The notes below the pieces were generated by a model. That model saw only the letters and a program-made list of their open reading frames with translations. It did not search any database and had not been told where the DNA came from. Of a stretch of 64,000 nt of DNA, positions 9,923-19,595 are shown in pieces (the stretch's first letter is position 1; each line of letters opens with the position of its first letter). The DNA lies in contig DATGMW010000181.1 of the NCBI GenBank assembly GCA_035307105.1, forward strand, positions 3,706 to 67,705. The letters run 5' to 3'. The position numbers and the translations under genes were made by a program. Origin of the DNA: Flavobacteriaceae bacterium. Lineage in GTDB: Bacteria; Bacteroidota; Bacteroidia; Flavobacteriales; Flavobacteriaceae.

Positions 9923-10948
9923 CTAATCTTCATTTGAATGTACCAAGTCTTCGGAAATATGCTTCCATATTTCATCTTTAAGCTCCTTGATTCCTTCATT
10001 GGTTGCCGATGAAAAATAAAGTAATTTTATATCTGGAAGTTGCTTTTTAAACTTCGCAGTGATTTCTGCCTTCAGCTCTTCATCCAACAAATCCGATTTC
10101 GAGATCGTTATAATCCTAGATTTATCTAGCAACTCTGGGTTATATCGTTCTAATTCGCTCAGTAAAGTACGATATTGCTCTACTAAATCCATCGCATCGG
10201 CAGGGATAAGGAAAAGCAAGGCAGAGTTTCGTTCTATATGGCGAAGGAAATAATGTCCTAGTCCTCTTCCTTCTGCTGCCCCCTCGATGATTCCAGGAAT
10301 ATCTGCCATTACAAATGTTTGAAAGTCATGATATTTCACGATCCCAAGGCTAGGCTTTAGGGTCGTAAATTCGTAATCGGCAATTTTTGGTGTTGCTGCT
10401 GAAACTGTAGCTAATAGAGTAGATTTACCTGCATTTGGGAAGCCTACCAACCCAACATCGGCAAGGACTTTCATCTCCATAGTAAATTGCATTTCGTCTC
10501 CTTCCAATCCAGGTTGCGCATATCGTGGCGTTTGACGTGTGGAGGATTTAAAGTGATAGTTTCCTAAACCACCTTTTCCTCCTTTTACAAGGATTCGTTC
10601 TTCGCCATCCTCGGTAAGTTCAAACAAAATTTTATTTGTCTCGGTATCTCTTACAACTGTACCCAAAGGAACATCAACATACACATCTTCTCCATCGGCA
10701 CCCGTACTACGTTGTTTTCCACCATTACCGCCATGTCCGGCTCTAAAGTGCTGTTTAAACTTTAAATGGTATAATGTCCAAAGGTTTTTATTTGCTCGAA
10801 TGATCACATGACCGCCTCGACCACCATCTCCCCCATCTGGGCCACCTTTAGGAACATTCATTTCGCGACGTAAACGCGTGCTTCCTGCTCCACCATTCCC
10901 GGATATTGCATGTATTTTTACATAATCAACAAAATTCCCTTCCGTCAT
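9923..10948 (-). CDS. obg: GTPase Obg/CgtA
   Basis: Glycine-rich Obg fold ([15 protein letters not shown]). G1 GFPNAGKST and G3 DIPGIIEGA. Confidence 0.93.
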   Translation of the reverse strand: MTEGNFVDYVKIHAISGNGGAGSTRLRREMNVPKGGPDGGDGGRGGHVIIRANKNLWTLYHLKFKQHFRAGHGGNGGKQRSTGADGEDVYVDVPLGTVVRDTETNKILFELTEDGEERILVKGGKGGLGNYHFKSSTRQTPRYAQPGLEGDEMQFTMEMKVLADVGLVGFPNAGKSTLLATVSAATPKIADYEFTTLKPSLGIVKYHDFQTFVMADIPGIIEGAAEGRGLGHYFLRHIERNSALLFLIPADAMDLVEQYRTLLSELERYNPELLDKSRIITISKSDLLDEELKAEITAKFKKQLPDIKLLYFSSATNEGIKELKDEIWKHISEDLVHSNED

Positions 10949-10969
10949 AACTATAATCTATTTGAGCGG

Positions 10970-10977
10970 CAAAATTA
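10970..10977 (-). promoter_or_regulatory. Bacteroidota -7 promoter box (TAATTTTG) upstream of obg
   Basis: Matches TAnnTTTG on the minus strand; 21 nt lie between the motif and the obg ATG. Confidence 0.4.
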
Positions 10978-11065
10978 AGCATTAGTAATTTGCTATGCAC
11001 AACACTAAGCATATTTTAGCGCCACACTAGTTAAGAAAAGAAAATGTTTAGCATTATGGTAGGTC

Positions 11066-11638
11066 TTACAAAGAAGCTACCAATTCATTCAAACGAGTAG
11101 CTATCTCTTCGATAGAGCCTACGCCAGAAATACCGTAATATTTATCACGTTTTTTATAATAATCTTTTAAGGTATCCGTCTTGCGGAAATACTCCTCAAT
11201 GCGCTCGCGAATGATCTCCTCATTAGCATCGTCTTTCCGACCGCTAGATTTTCCACGCTCTAAAAGGCGCCGTACTAAGACTTCGTTTTCTACCTCTAAG
11301 GCTACCATCGCATTTATCTGACTGCCTATCTCCTCCATAAACTCCGCAAGTGCATCTGCTTGCACCTCGGTGCGTGGAAATCCATCAAAGATAAAACCAT
11401 TTGCATCTGGATTTTTCTTCACCTCTGCCTTTAGCATTTTTATGGTCACCTCATCTGGAACCAAATGTCCTTTTTCTATGTAAGACTTCGCTAAATTCCC
11501 TAGCTCTGTGCCCCCTTTAATGTTTCTTCGGAAGACGTCGCCAGTAGATATGTGTAATAAATTCTGCTTGTCCTTTAAAATTTCTGCTTGTGTTCCTTTG
11601 CCCGCTCCCGGAGGGCCAAATAATACGATATTTTTCAT
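11066..11638 (-). CDS. adk: Adenylate kinase
   Basis: P-loop GPPGAGKGTQ; a short LID-less type of 190 aa. Confidence 0.95.
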   Translation of the reverse strand: MKNIVLFGPPGAGKGTQAEILKDKQNLLHISTGDVFRRNIKGGTELGNLAKSYIEKGHLVPDEVTIKMLKAEVKKNPDANGFIFDGFPRTEVQADALAEFMEEIGSQINAMVALEVENEVLVRRLLERGKSSGRKDDANEEIIRERIEEYFRKTDTLKDYYKKRDKYYGISGVGSIEEIATRLNELVASL

Positions 11639-11677
11639 CTAGTCAAACTTGTCTTTTGTAGATTGCTATAGAACATC

Positions 11678-11685
11678 TACTTTTG
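11678..11685 (+). promoter_or_regulatory. Bacteroidota -7 promoter box (TACTTTTG) upstream of purK
   Basis: Matches TAnnTTTG. It lies inside the TTG-extended ORF of the track, which argues for the ATG at 11734 as the true purK start. Confidence 0.4.
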
Positions 11686-11733
11686 TTACAATACACAAAT
11701 ATACATATTACAAACTTGTTGTACCTTTCTAAA

Positions 11734-12891
11734 ATGACAAACTATTTTTCTTCTTCCTTTACTTTAGCCATCCTTGGAGGTGGCCAATTAGGTAAAATGC
11801 TACTCTACGAAACTCGAAAGTGGGACGTATACACAAAGGTCTTAGACCCTAGTAATGAGGCCCCATGCCGTATTGCATGCGATGAATTCATGCAAGGCGA
11901 CTTGATGGATTATGATACGGTATATGAATTTGCAAAGAATGCAGATGTGGTTACCATAGAGATCGAAAACGTAAATACAGAAGCGCTAGAAGCTCTAGAG
12001 AAAGAGGGAAGGAAGGTATTCCCAAGTCCAAAGACTTTAAGAAATATTCAAGACAAAGGAATACAGAAGCAGTTTTACAAAAAACATGGTATCCCTACTT
12101 CGGATTTTCAAGTTTTTGAAAACAAAACAGAAGCCATAGAAGCAGTAAAAAATGGAAGTATTGAATTACCTACGGTCTGGAAAAGCAGAACCGGTGGTTA
12201 TGACGGACGAGGCGTTCAAGTAATTCGAACATTAAATGACTTCGAGCAAGTGTCTGATGCGCCTTGTTTACTTGAAGACTTAATCCCTTTTGAAACCGAA
12301 CTTGCAGTAACCGTAGCGAGAAATGAAAACGGAGAAACAAAAGTATATCCAGTAGTAGAGATGGAATTCCATCCAGTAGCCAATCAGGTGGAATATGTGC
12401 TTTGTCCAGCAAGAATTGACGAAACACTAGCAAAGAAAGCTCAGGAGGTAGCCGAAAAAACATCTCATGCCCTAGAGCATGTTGGCCTACTCGCAGTGGA
12501 ACTCTTCGCTACAAAAGAAGGAGAAATCCTAGTAAACGAAGTAGCTCCACGACCTCACAACAGTGGTCATTATTCCATAGAAGGAAGCTATACCAATCAG
12601 TTTGAACAACACCTACGAGCTATTCTCAATCTTCCATTAGGAGCAACAGAAAGTATTATCCCTGCTATTATGGTTAACTTATCCGGAGCAGAAGGCTATA
12701 CCGGGCCAGTGGTCTATGAGAATATTGAAAAGATACTTTCTATCTCAGGCGTAACACCACATATTTATGGTAAAAAAGAAACACGCCCGTTCAGAAAAAT
12801 GGGCCATATTACCATAGTCAACAAAGACATGAAAAAAGCACGTGAAATTGCAGAGGAAGTAAATAAAACGATTCTTGTCCTAAGCAAATAA
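11734..12891 (+). CDS. purK: 5-(carboxyamino)imidazole ribonucleotide synthase
   Basis: ATP-grasp protein with N-terminal LGGGQLGKM and GGYDGRGV. Immediately upstream of purE. Confidence 0.9.
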   Translation: MTNYFSSSFTLAILGGGQLGKMLLYETRKWDVYTKVLDPSNEAPCRIACDEFMQGDLMDYDTVYEFAKNADVVTIEIENVNTEALEALEKEGRKVFPSPKTLRNIQDKGIQKQFYKKHGIPTSDFQVFENKTEAIEAVKNGSIELPTVWKSRTGGYDGRGVQVIRTLNDFEQVSDAPCLLEDLIPFETELAVTVARNENGETKVYPVVEMEFHPVANQVEYVLCPARIDETLAKKAQEVAEKTSHALEHVGLLAVELFATKEGEILVNEVAPRPHNSGHYSIEGSYTNQFEQHLRAILNLPLGATESIIPAIMVNLSGAEGYTGPVVYENIEKILSISGVTPHIYGKKETRPFRKMGHITIVNKDMKKAREIAEEVNKTILVLSK

Positions 12892-12914
12892 TCTAACTAC
12901 ATACACCACAACAC

Positions 12915-13391
12915 ATGAAAATAGGAATTATAATGGGCAGTACTAGCGACTTGCCTATCATGAAGGAAGCTAAAATGATTATAGAGGCGTTTGGTATCGA
13001 CCACGAAATAGATATCGTTTCGGCTCACCGCACACCAGACAAGCTTTATGAATACGCAACCAATGCACACAAGCGTGGAATCAACGTAATCATTGCTGGA
13101 GCTGGCGGTGCCGCTCACTTACCAGGAATGGTAGCCTCTTTATCGCCATTGCCTGTTATTGGCGTGCCGATTAAATCTCGAAACTCTATAGATGGCTGGG
13201 ACTCCGTACTTTCTATTTTACAAATGCCAGCTGGCGTTCCAGTAGCCACAGTAGCATTGGACGGCGCAAAGAATGCTGGAATATTGGCAGTGCAAATATT
13301 AGCCGCTAGCAATAACGACCTATTGGACAAAGTTACTGCCTATAAAACCGAATTAAAAGAGAAGGTTATTGCTGGTGCAAAATCTTTATAA
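12915..13391 (+). CDS. purE: 5-(carboxyamino)imidazole ribonucleotide mutase
   Basis: Motifs GSTSDLPIM and AGGAAHLPGM. Confidence 0.95.
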   Translation: MKIGIIMGSTSDLPIMKEAKMIIEAFGIDHEIDIVSAHRTPDKLYEYATNAHKRGINVIIAGAGGAAHLPGMVASLSPLPVIGVPIKSRNSIDGWDSVLSILQMPAGVPVATVALDGAKNAGILAVQILAASNNDLLDKVTAYKTELKEKVIAGAKSL

Positions 13392-13400
13392 AATCTTACT

Positions 13401-15422
13401 ATGAACAATCCTTTGTTACAAGCTTTTGAATGGGCTCCTTTTTCTAAAATAAAAGAAGCGCACTTTTCTCCAGCTATAAAAGAATTAATAGAACAAGCAA
13501 AACAAGAAATACAGGCTATTGCCGAGAATACAGATGCTCCCAATTTCGAAAATACCATCGAAGCTATGGAAGGCTCCGGCGAACAGTTAGGACGAGTTAC
13601 GAGTATATTCTTTAACCTCAACAACGCCGAAACCAATGAAACCATTCAGGAAATAGCCCAAGAGGTTTCTCCCCTACTCTCGGAGTTTCAAAACGATATC
13701 CTATTAAACAGCGACTTGTATGCTCGAGTTAAAACTGTTTTTGATAAACGCGAAGAGCTTGATCTTAATCCTGAGCAAAGCAGACTTTTAGAAAAAAACT
13801 ATCTTTCTTTTTCAAGAAACGGAGCAGGCCTAAACGACGAGGATAAAAAAGTACTACGCGAGATAGACACAAAGCTATCTAAGCTTAGTTTAAACTTCGG
13901 ACAAAACGTTTTGGCAGATACAAATGCATACCAACTTCATTTAACCGAGGAGAAAGAATTAGAAGGTCTGTCTGAAAGTGCTAAAGAAGCTGCTGCAGAA
14001 TTGGCACAAGAGAAAGAATTAGAAGGTTGGATCATTACTTTGGACTTCCCGAGCTATGTTCCTTTCATGACTTATGCTAAAAACAGAGAACTCCGAAAGG
14101 AAATCGCTTTGGCTTATGGTGCAAGAGGCTTTCAAGACAACAAATTCAATAATGAGAAAATCGTTCTAGAAATCGTAAACCTACGACACAAAAGAGCGAA
14201 GCTTCTAGGATACAGAACTCATGCCGATTTTGTGCTTGAGCAACGAATGGCAAAATCTCCAGAGGGTGTAATTGAATTTCTAGAAGACCTTAAAGTAAAA
14301 GCAAAACCAAGCGCCATAAAACAACGCGATGAGCTAGCAGATTTTGCTAAGGAGCTAGACGGGATAACCCCACTACAAAAATGGGATAGCGCTTACTACA
14401 GTGAAAAATTAAAACAAAAACTTTTTGCAATAGACGACGAGTTATTGCGCCCCTACTTCCAGCTAGATAGAGTTCTAGATGGCGTTTTCACTATTTCCAA
14501 AAAACTCTTCGGACTTTCTTTCCAGAAAAGAACCGATGTAGACACCTACCATCCTGATGTAACGGTATGGCAAGTAACCGATGCAAATGGAAAAGAGATG
14601 GGGTTGCTGTATACCGATTTCCACCCTCGTCCTGGAAAGCGAAATGGTGCGTGGAAAACCTCTTATCGTAGTCAAGAGAAAAAGAATGGAAAAGATATTA
14701 GACCACATATTTCTATCGTCTGTAACTTTAGCCGTCCAAGCAAAGACAAACCTTCGCTATTGACTTTTAATGAAGTTACTACCCTATTCCACGAGTTTGG
14801 ACATGCGCTTCATGGTCTTTTGGCCAACACTACTTATTCTAGCTTATCTGGAACAAGTGTGTACTGGGATTTTGTAGAACTTCCAAGTCAGCTTCTAGAA
14901 AACTGGTGTTATGAGAAGGAAGCCCTTTCTCTATTTGCAAAACACTACAAAACCGACGAGCTTATTCCTATGGAATATGTAGAGCGAATCCAGGACTTAT
15001 TAAAGTTCCAAGAAGGACTTCAAACCCTTCGTCAGCTAAGCTTCGGAATTTTGGATATGACTTGGCACAATAACGACCCGAGTACCTTTACCGATGTAAA
15101 AGAAGTAGAAACCAAAGCTTTTGAATCCACGCAATTATACCCTGATGTAGCGGAAAATTGTATGAGCACTGCTTTTTCCCACATTTTCCAAGGCGGTTAT
15201 AGCGCAGGATATTATAGTTATAAATGGGCAGAAGTATTGGATGCCGATGCGTTTGCCTACTTTAAAGAGAATGGCATTTTCAACAAAGAAATCGCAAAGA
15301 AATTTAACGACCACGTACTTTCGCAAGGTGGCACAAAAGACCCGATGGAATTGTACAAAGCCTTCCGCGGACAAGAACCAAGTCCTGATGCGTTATTAAA
15401 ACGTGCGGGACTTATAGAGTAA
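13401..15422 (+). CDS. dcp: M3-family zinc metallopeptidase (peptidyl-dipeptidase Dcp / oligopeptidase A-like)
   Basis: Thimet-type zinc site HEFGHALH; 673 aa. Confidence 0.88.
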   Translation: MNNPLLQAFEWAPFSKIKEAHFSPAIKELIEQAKQEIQAIAENTDAPNFENTIEAMEGSGEQLGRVTSIFFNLNNAETNETIQEIAQEVSPLLSEFQNDILLNSDLYARVKTVFDKREELDLNPEQSRLLEKNYLSFSRNGAGLNDEDKKVLREIDTKLSKLSLNFGQNVLADTNAYQLHLTEEKELEGLSESAKEAAAELAQEKELEGWIITLDFPSYVPFMTYAKNRELRKEIALAYGARGFQDNKFNNEKIVLEIVNLRHKRAKLLGYRTHADFVLEQRMAKSPEGVIEFLEDLKVKAKPSAIKQRDELADFAKELDGITPLQKWDSAYYSEKLKQKLFAIDDELLRPYFQLDRVLDGVFTISKKLFGLSFQKRTDVDTYHPDVTVWQVTDANGKEMGLLYTDFHPRPGKRNGAWKTSYRSQEKKNGKDIRPHISIVCNFSRPSKDKPSLLTFNEVTTLFHEFGHALHGLLANTTYSSLSGTSVYWDFVELPSQLLENWCYEKEALSLFAKHYKTDELIPMEYVERIQDLLKFQEGLQTLRQLSFGILDMTWHNNDPSTFTDVKEVETKAFESTQLYPDVAENCMSTAFSHIFQGGYSAGYYSYKWAEVLDADAFAYFKENGIFNKEIAKKFNDHVLSQGGTKDPMELYKAFRGQEPSPDALLKRAGLIE

Positions 15423-15442
15423 CACTTCTATTTTCAAACACT

Positions 15443-15478
15443 ATCAGCCATCTTATAGTTAAAATTAAGATGGCTGAT
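15443..15478. terminator. Bidirectional intrinsic terminator between the convergent dcp and porin genes
   Basis: Perfect 13-bp stem ATCAGCCATCTTA / TAAGATGGCTGAT with a 10-nt loop. TTATTTT lies downstream, and the upstream flank carries a short A-run (CAAACA). Confidence 0.75.
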
Positions 15479-15483
15479 TTATT

Positions 15484-17373
15484 TTACTGAAAGAAATTCC
15501 ACACCAATCCAAAGCGAAGCATGGCATCGCGATATGGATGGTCTGGCGCAGAGAAATACGTATTTCGTTTGCTGAACAAAGCATTGATGTGTTCATAGGA
15601 AAGATAAAATCTAGTTTGCCTTACCTTTGCATTGAAGAAAATATCTACCATTGGGAAGTTACCAAACTTAGCCTCGCGTTGCACGTAGAAGTCGCCCAAC
15701 ACAGGGTCGTAGGCATTCATGTGATACTTAGAGAAATGCTTTACACTTATGCCCGCTTGCATAAATAATGCGCGTTTAAACCAATGGTCTTGCACATAAA
15801 CAGTTCCTCTTGTCAAAATCTTTGGAACCGATAAATATCTGCTACCGCTAAGCACGTCCTGATAAATCAGACTAGCTTCAGCACCAAATTTACCAAAAGT
15901 GACTTCTTTTTGTGCTTTTACTTTTACATAATCCACCCTATCATTTGCCATAAAAGGAGTTGGTGTTTCCTGGCCTTCTGCTATTGTAAAGTAAGTATAG
16001 TTATCAATCCCTGTATAGGTAGCATTTAGATTAAGCCATCGGTCCGAAAGAATATTAAAGCTTGCTATTTGTTTGCGAGTATTTTTAAAATCGTTCTGCC
16101 AATTATAATTTACATAATCGCTTTGGTAGAGCAAGAATCCGTAATCTGGCGAAGTGCTTTGTAAACTAGCTTTAGCTTCTAGTGCTAGGTCTTCTAGAAT
16201 TGGAACTTGCAAGCTTCCATAAAAATAGCTTCCGTCAAAATCTCCACCAACCTGCGCTCCTGCTCCAGCCTCTAACTTTATATCTTTATATTGATTGGCA
16301 TACTTCCCACCTGCTTCTACCGCATTTCCTTTTAGTCGATTGCTTATCGTTGCATGATCTAGATAGAGCATGGAATTATATCCGTAGTTATAATTAGAGT
16401 AATTTATGTATCCATGTAGCTTCCCTAAATGCTCTTGTTCCAAATCAAGATACGCCCTAGCTTGATTCTCTACTAAAGAGGTTTTTTTATATAGATCGGT
16501 ATTTGCATAAGATGCACCAAACCCACTATATGCTGTACCTTGTCGATAGGAATAGGTTTTTTCTTCATATTGTAAAATTCCACCTATACGGATATCTGAT
16601 TTTGCATTATCTGGGCGAAGCAAACCATAATCCTGCTCTACATAAGCCCTTACGCCATACAACTCATTCTCTGCATCCTCAAAGTTAACATCAATCCTTC
16701 CTCGGTCTTTAAACTGCGAATCATTTTCAATAAACAAAGGCAGAGCGGATGCTTTTATTCCTCCGTTTTGTTCATTCATAATTTCTTGAGAGGTAAAATG
16801 AGCGCGTAAGCGATATCTGTTGTTAGGGCCTTGGTAATTGGTAGTAAACTCAAAATTCCCAGTACTGGTTAAAATGTGTTGATAATGCCCTAAAGAGCGA
16901 ACGCCTTTATAGGCAATAGAAAAGTTGAAGTTCTCTGAAGTATTGATGGTGAAAAACGCATCCAATTGCTGTCCCTGATTAAAGGCGGTTTTAAAATACA
17001 AGTCAGAAAGCGGTGTGGGTACTTGATAGTAGTTTATGTCGTCTGCTTCTTTGTAGCTATAATGCTGTCCCTGCGCTACAAACTGTGGTCGTAAACTAAT
17101 AGACCCAAAATCGTAAGCTAGTTTATTGTAGGTTTGTCCCACGTTAGAGAATGGCATCAGTTCCAAATCATCTTTTCGAAGATAATTGAAACGATACATT
17201 TTATGGATAGTCAATGTGGTATCCAAATACGTAGTATCTCGATCTTTGGATATTATTTTATATAGCTCTACTGGTGGTTTCTCGACCAATGCTGTCTCCT
17301 CCTCTTCTTCTTGAGCAATAGCGCCAAGCATTACCCAGAAAAACAATAGTAAGACGTACAGAATTCTTTTCAT
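15484..17373 (-). CDS. Putative outer-membrane beta-barrel porin
   Basis: Signal peptide (ending AIAQ). Y/G/N-rich alternating pattern over 629 aa. Aromatic-rich C-terminus (LVWNFFQ). Confidence 0.6.
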   Translation of the reverse strand: MKRILYVLLLFFWVMLGAIAQEEEEETALVEKPPVELYKIISKDRDTTYLDTTLTIHKMYRFNYLRKDDLELMPFSNVGQTYNKLAYDFGSISLRPQFVAQGQHYSYKEADDINYYQVPTPLSDLYFKTAFNQGQQLDAFFTINTSENFNFSIAYKGVRSLGHYQHILTSTGNFEFTTNYQGPNNRYRLRAHFTSQEIMNEQNGGIKASALPLFIENDSQFKDRGRIDVNFEDAENELYGVRAYVEQDYGLLRPDNAKSDIRIGGILQYEEKTYSYRQGTAYSGFGASYANTDLYKKTSLVENQARAYLDLEQEHLGKLHGYINYSNYNYGYNSMLYLDHATISNRLKGNAVEAGGKYANQYKDIKLEAGAGAQVGGDFDGSYFYGSLQVPILEDLALEAKASLQSTSPDYGFLLYQSDYVNYNWQNDFKNTRKQIASFNILSDRWLNLNATYTGIDNYTYFTIAEGQETPTPFMANDRVDYVKVKAQKEVTFGKFGAEASLIYQDVLSGSRYLSVPKILTRGTVYVQDHWFKRALFMQAGISVKHFSKYHMNAYDPVLGDFYVQREAKFGNFPMVDIFFNAKVRQTRFYLSYEHINALFSKRNTYFSAPDHPYRDAMLRFGLVWNFFQ

Positions 17374-17395
17374 GTAAACTCGAAATCTATTTTTT

Positions 17396-17415
17396 ATACC
17401 ATATTCCTATGGTAT
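17396..17415. repeat. Perfect 8-bp inverted repeat ATACCATA-ttcc-TATGGTAT in the porin leader
   Basis: Read directly from the sequence. It lies between the putative -7 box (17417..17424) and the porin ATG (17373). Confidence 0.9.
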
Positions 17416-17416
17416 G

Positions 17417-17424
17417 CAAAGGTA
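17417..17424 (-). promoter_or_regulatory. Bacteroidota -7 promoter box (TACCTTTG) upstream of the porin gene
   Basis: Matches TAnnTTTG on the minus strand, 43 nt before the ATG. Confidence 0.35.
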
Positions 17425-17608
17425 TATTTTTAATTAGACAGTTGTTATACTATTCAAATTTTATACGATTTTCGGATGTGGTATAAATATAAGCTAGAAA
17501 TCAGCACAATAAACCTTTTTAAGATATGTAACCAAAGCTACTTAAGATGTAGTATATAAATCCGACTTTTACATTTTCAAATCAAAATTACTTAAACAAC
17601 TTCAGTTT

Positions 17609-18406
17609 ATGGAAATCATTGGATATATCGCATCTATAGCAATTGGCTTATCATTGGGTTTAATAGGTGGAGGCGGATCGATTCTTACGGTTCCAGTCTT
17701 GGTATATTTCTTTGGCGTTTCTCCTGTTTTAGCTACTGCCTACTCTTTGTTCATTGTTGGTGCAACTAGTTTGGTAGGCGTAGTTCCTAAATACAAAGAA
17801 GGTTTTGTAAGTATTAAAACCACCATTGTTTTTGGGATTCCCTCTATTATAGCTGTATTTCTTACCAGGAAGTATCTAGTTCCTGCAATCCCAGAAAACA
17901 TCGGAAAAATAGGAGGTTTAGAAATAACCAAGCCCATGCTTGTAATGCTATTATTTGCTGCACTCATGCTAGCAGCATCTACTTCTATGATTCGATCCAA
18001 GAAAAATGGAAAAGAAAAAGCAAAAAGCAAACAGAAATTTAATTATCCTTTAATTTTGGTAGAAGGTGTTGTTGTTGGTACACTTACTGGATTGGTAGGT
18101 GCAGGTGGTGGATTTTTAATAATTCCAGCGTTGGTTATGCTTAGCAACTTACCAATGAAGAAAGCGATAGGAACTTCTTTACTTATCATCGCATTAAAAT
18201 CTTTAATAGGCTTCTTGGGCGATTTATTCCAAGAAAGCCAAATCATAGACTGGCAGTTACTACTTGCTGTTACAGCACTTGCAATAATTGGTATTTTTGT
18301 AGGCAATAAACTATCCAATAAAATCGAAGGAGAAAAGCTAAAAAAAGGCTTTGGTTGGTTCGTATTGGTCATGGGAGTTTATATATTCTTGAAAGAATTG
18401 CTATAA
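17609..18406 (+). CDS. TauE/SafE-family anion exporter membrane protein
   Basis: A 265-aa polytopic protein with duplicated glycine-rich helices (GGGGSILTVP and GAGGGFLIIPAL). Confidence 0.85.
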   Translation: MEIIGYIASIAIGLSLGLIGGGGSILTVPVLVYFFGVSPVLATAYSLFIVGATSLVGVVPKYKEGFVSIKTTIVFGIPSIIAVFLTRKYLVPAIPENIGKIGGLEITKPMLVMLLFAALMLAASTSMIRSKKNGKEKAKSKQKFNYPLILVEGVVVGTLTGLVGAGGGFLIIPALVMLSNLPMKKAIGTSLLIIALKSLIGFLGDLFQESQIIDWQLLLAVTALAIIGIFVGNKLSNKIEGEKLKKGFGWFVLVMGVYIFLKELL

Positions 18407-18537
18407 ACCACCTAGAAAACTCCTACAACAGGCATCATGCCTTCAAAAAAACCGTGGCTCTACCCCGATTAACTACTAAAAGCCTCTTAAATTGCATATT
18501 TAAATCAGCCTGAGTTTTGTATACTACTGAAATGTCG

Positions 18538-18545
18538 TATTTTTG
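18538..18545 (+). promoter_or_regulatory. Bacteroidota -7 promoter box (TATTTTTG) upstream of pdhA
   Basis: Matches TAnnTTTG, 43 nt before the pdhA ATG. Confidence 0.4.
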
Positions 18546-18550
18546 TAGCC

Positions 18551-18564
18551 ATGCAAATTTGCAT
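18551..18564. promoter_or_regulatory. Perfect 14-bp palindrome ATGCAAATTTGCAT (candidate operator)
   Basis: Self-complementary over all 14 nt. It starts 5 nt after the putative -7 box of the pdhA-E2 operon. Confidence 0.35.
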
Positions 18565-18588
18565 CGAAGAATTTTTATAGTTTGATAG

Positions 18589-19587
18589 ATGAAAAAAATT
18601 ACGAAAGAAACATACCTTAACTGGTACGAAGAAATGTTCTTTTGGCGAAGGTTTGAAGACAAACTAGCCCAAGTATATATTCAGCAAAAGGTTCGAGGGT
18701 TCTTACACCTTTATAACGGTCAAGAAGCAGTATTAGCTGGAGCTATACATGCTATGGACCTGACCAAGGACAGAATGATCACCGCATATAGAAACCACGT
18801 CCAGCCAATAGCTATGGGAGAAGACCCTAAGCGAGTTATGGCGGAGCTTTACGGCAAAGCAACTGGAACCTCCAAAGGTTTAGGTGGGTCGATGCATATA
18901 TTTTCTAAAGAACATCGTTTTTATGGTGGTCACGGAATTGTAGGCGGACAAATACCTTTAGGCGCTGGCCTTGCGTTTGCAGACAAATACTTTAAGCGCG
19001 ATGCTGTTACCTTAACTTATATGGGAGATGGTGCTACACGTCAAGGTGCTTTGCACGAAACCTTCAACATGGCAATGAATTGGAAACTACCTGTGGTTTT
19101 CTGTGTAGAGAACAACGGATATGCTATGGGAACTTCGGTAGAGCGTACAGCCAACCACACCGATATTTACAAGCTAGGTTTAGGATACGAGATGCCATCC
19201 AAGGCAGTAGATGCAATGAAACCAGAAGTGGTTGCCAAAGAAATGCACGAAGCTATTGAACGTGCACGTCGTGGGGATGGTCCTACTTTCTTAGAACTAC
19301 GCACGTATCGTTACCGTGGACACTCTATGAGTGATGCACAACACTACCGTACCAAAGAAGAAGTTAAACAGAAACAAGAGGAAGATCCAATCAGCCACGT
19401 ACTGCACGTTATTTATGAAAATGAATGGGCTACGGAACAGGAGATAGATGTAATAAATGAACGCGTTCGCGAACGTGTTGCAGAATGCGAAAAATTTGCA
19501 GAAGAGTCTCCATATCCAGAAGCAAACGTAATGTTTGACGCTGTATACGAACAAGAGGATTATCCTTTTATACCTAAAAAACAATAA
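18589..19587 (+). CDS. pdhA: Pyruvate dehydrogenase E1 component, alpha subunit
   Basis: TPP-binding region GDGATRQGALHETFNMAMNWKLPVVFCVENNGYAMGT and the YRYRGHSMSD motif. Confidence 0.92.
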   Translation: MKKITKETYLNWYEEMFFWRRFEDKLAQVYIQQKVRGFLHLYNGQEAVLAGAIHAMDLTKDRMITAYRNHVQPIAMGEDPKRVMAELYGKATGTSKGLGGSMHIFSKEHRFYGGHGIVGGQIPLGAGLAFADKYFKRDAVTLTYMGDGATRQGALHETFNMAMNWKLPVVFCVENNGYAMGTSVERTANHTDIYKLGLGYEMPSKAVDAMKPEVVAKEMHEAIERARRGDGPTFLELRTYRYRGHSMSDAQHYRTKEEVKQKQEEDPISHVLHVIYENEWATEQEIDVINERVRERVAECEKFAEESPYPEANVMFDAVYEQEDYPFIPKKQ

Positions 19588-19595
19588 TTGATATT

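Noticed and set aside
18435-18662. 75-aa minus-strand ORF spanning the pdhA promoter region.
   Set aside because: It overlaps the pdhA start and the promoter/palindrome region, and it has no motif or plausible promoter of its own.
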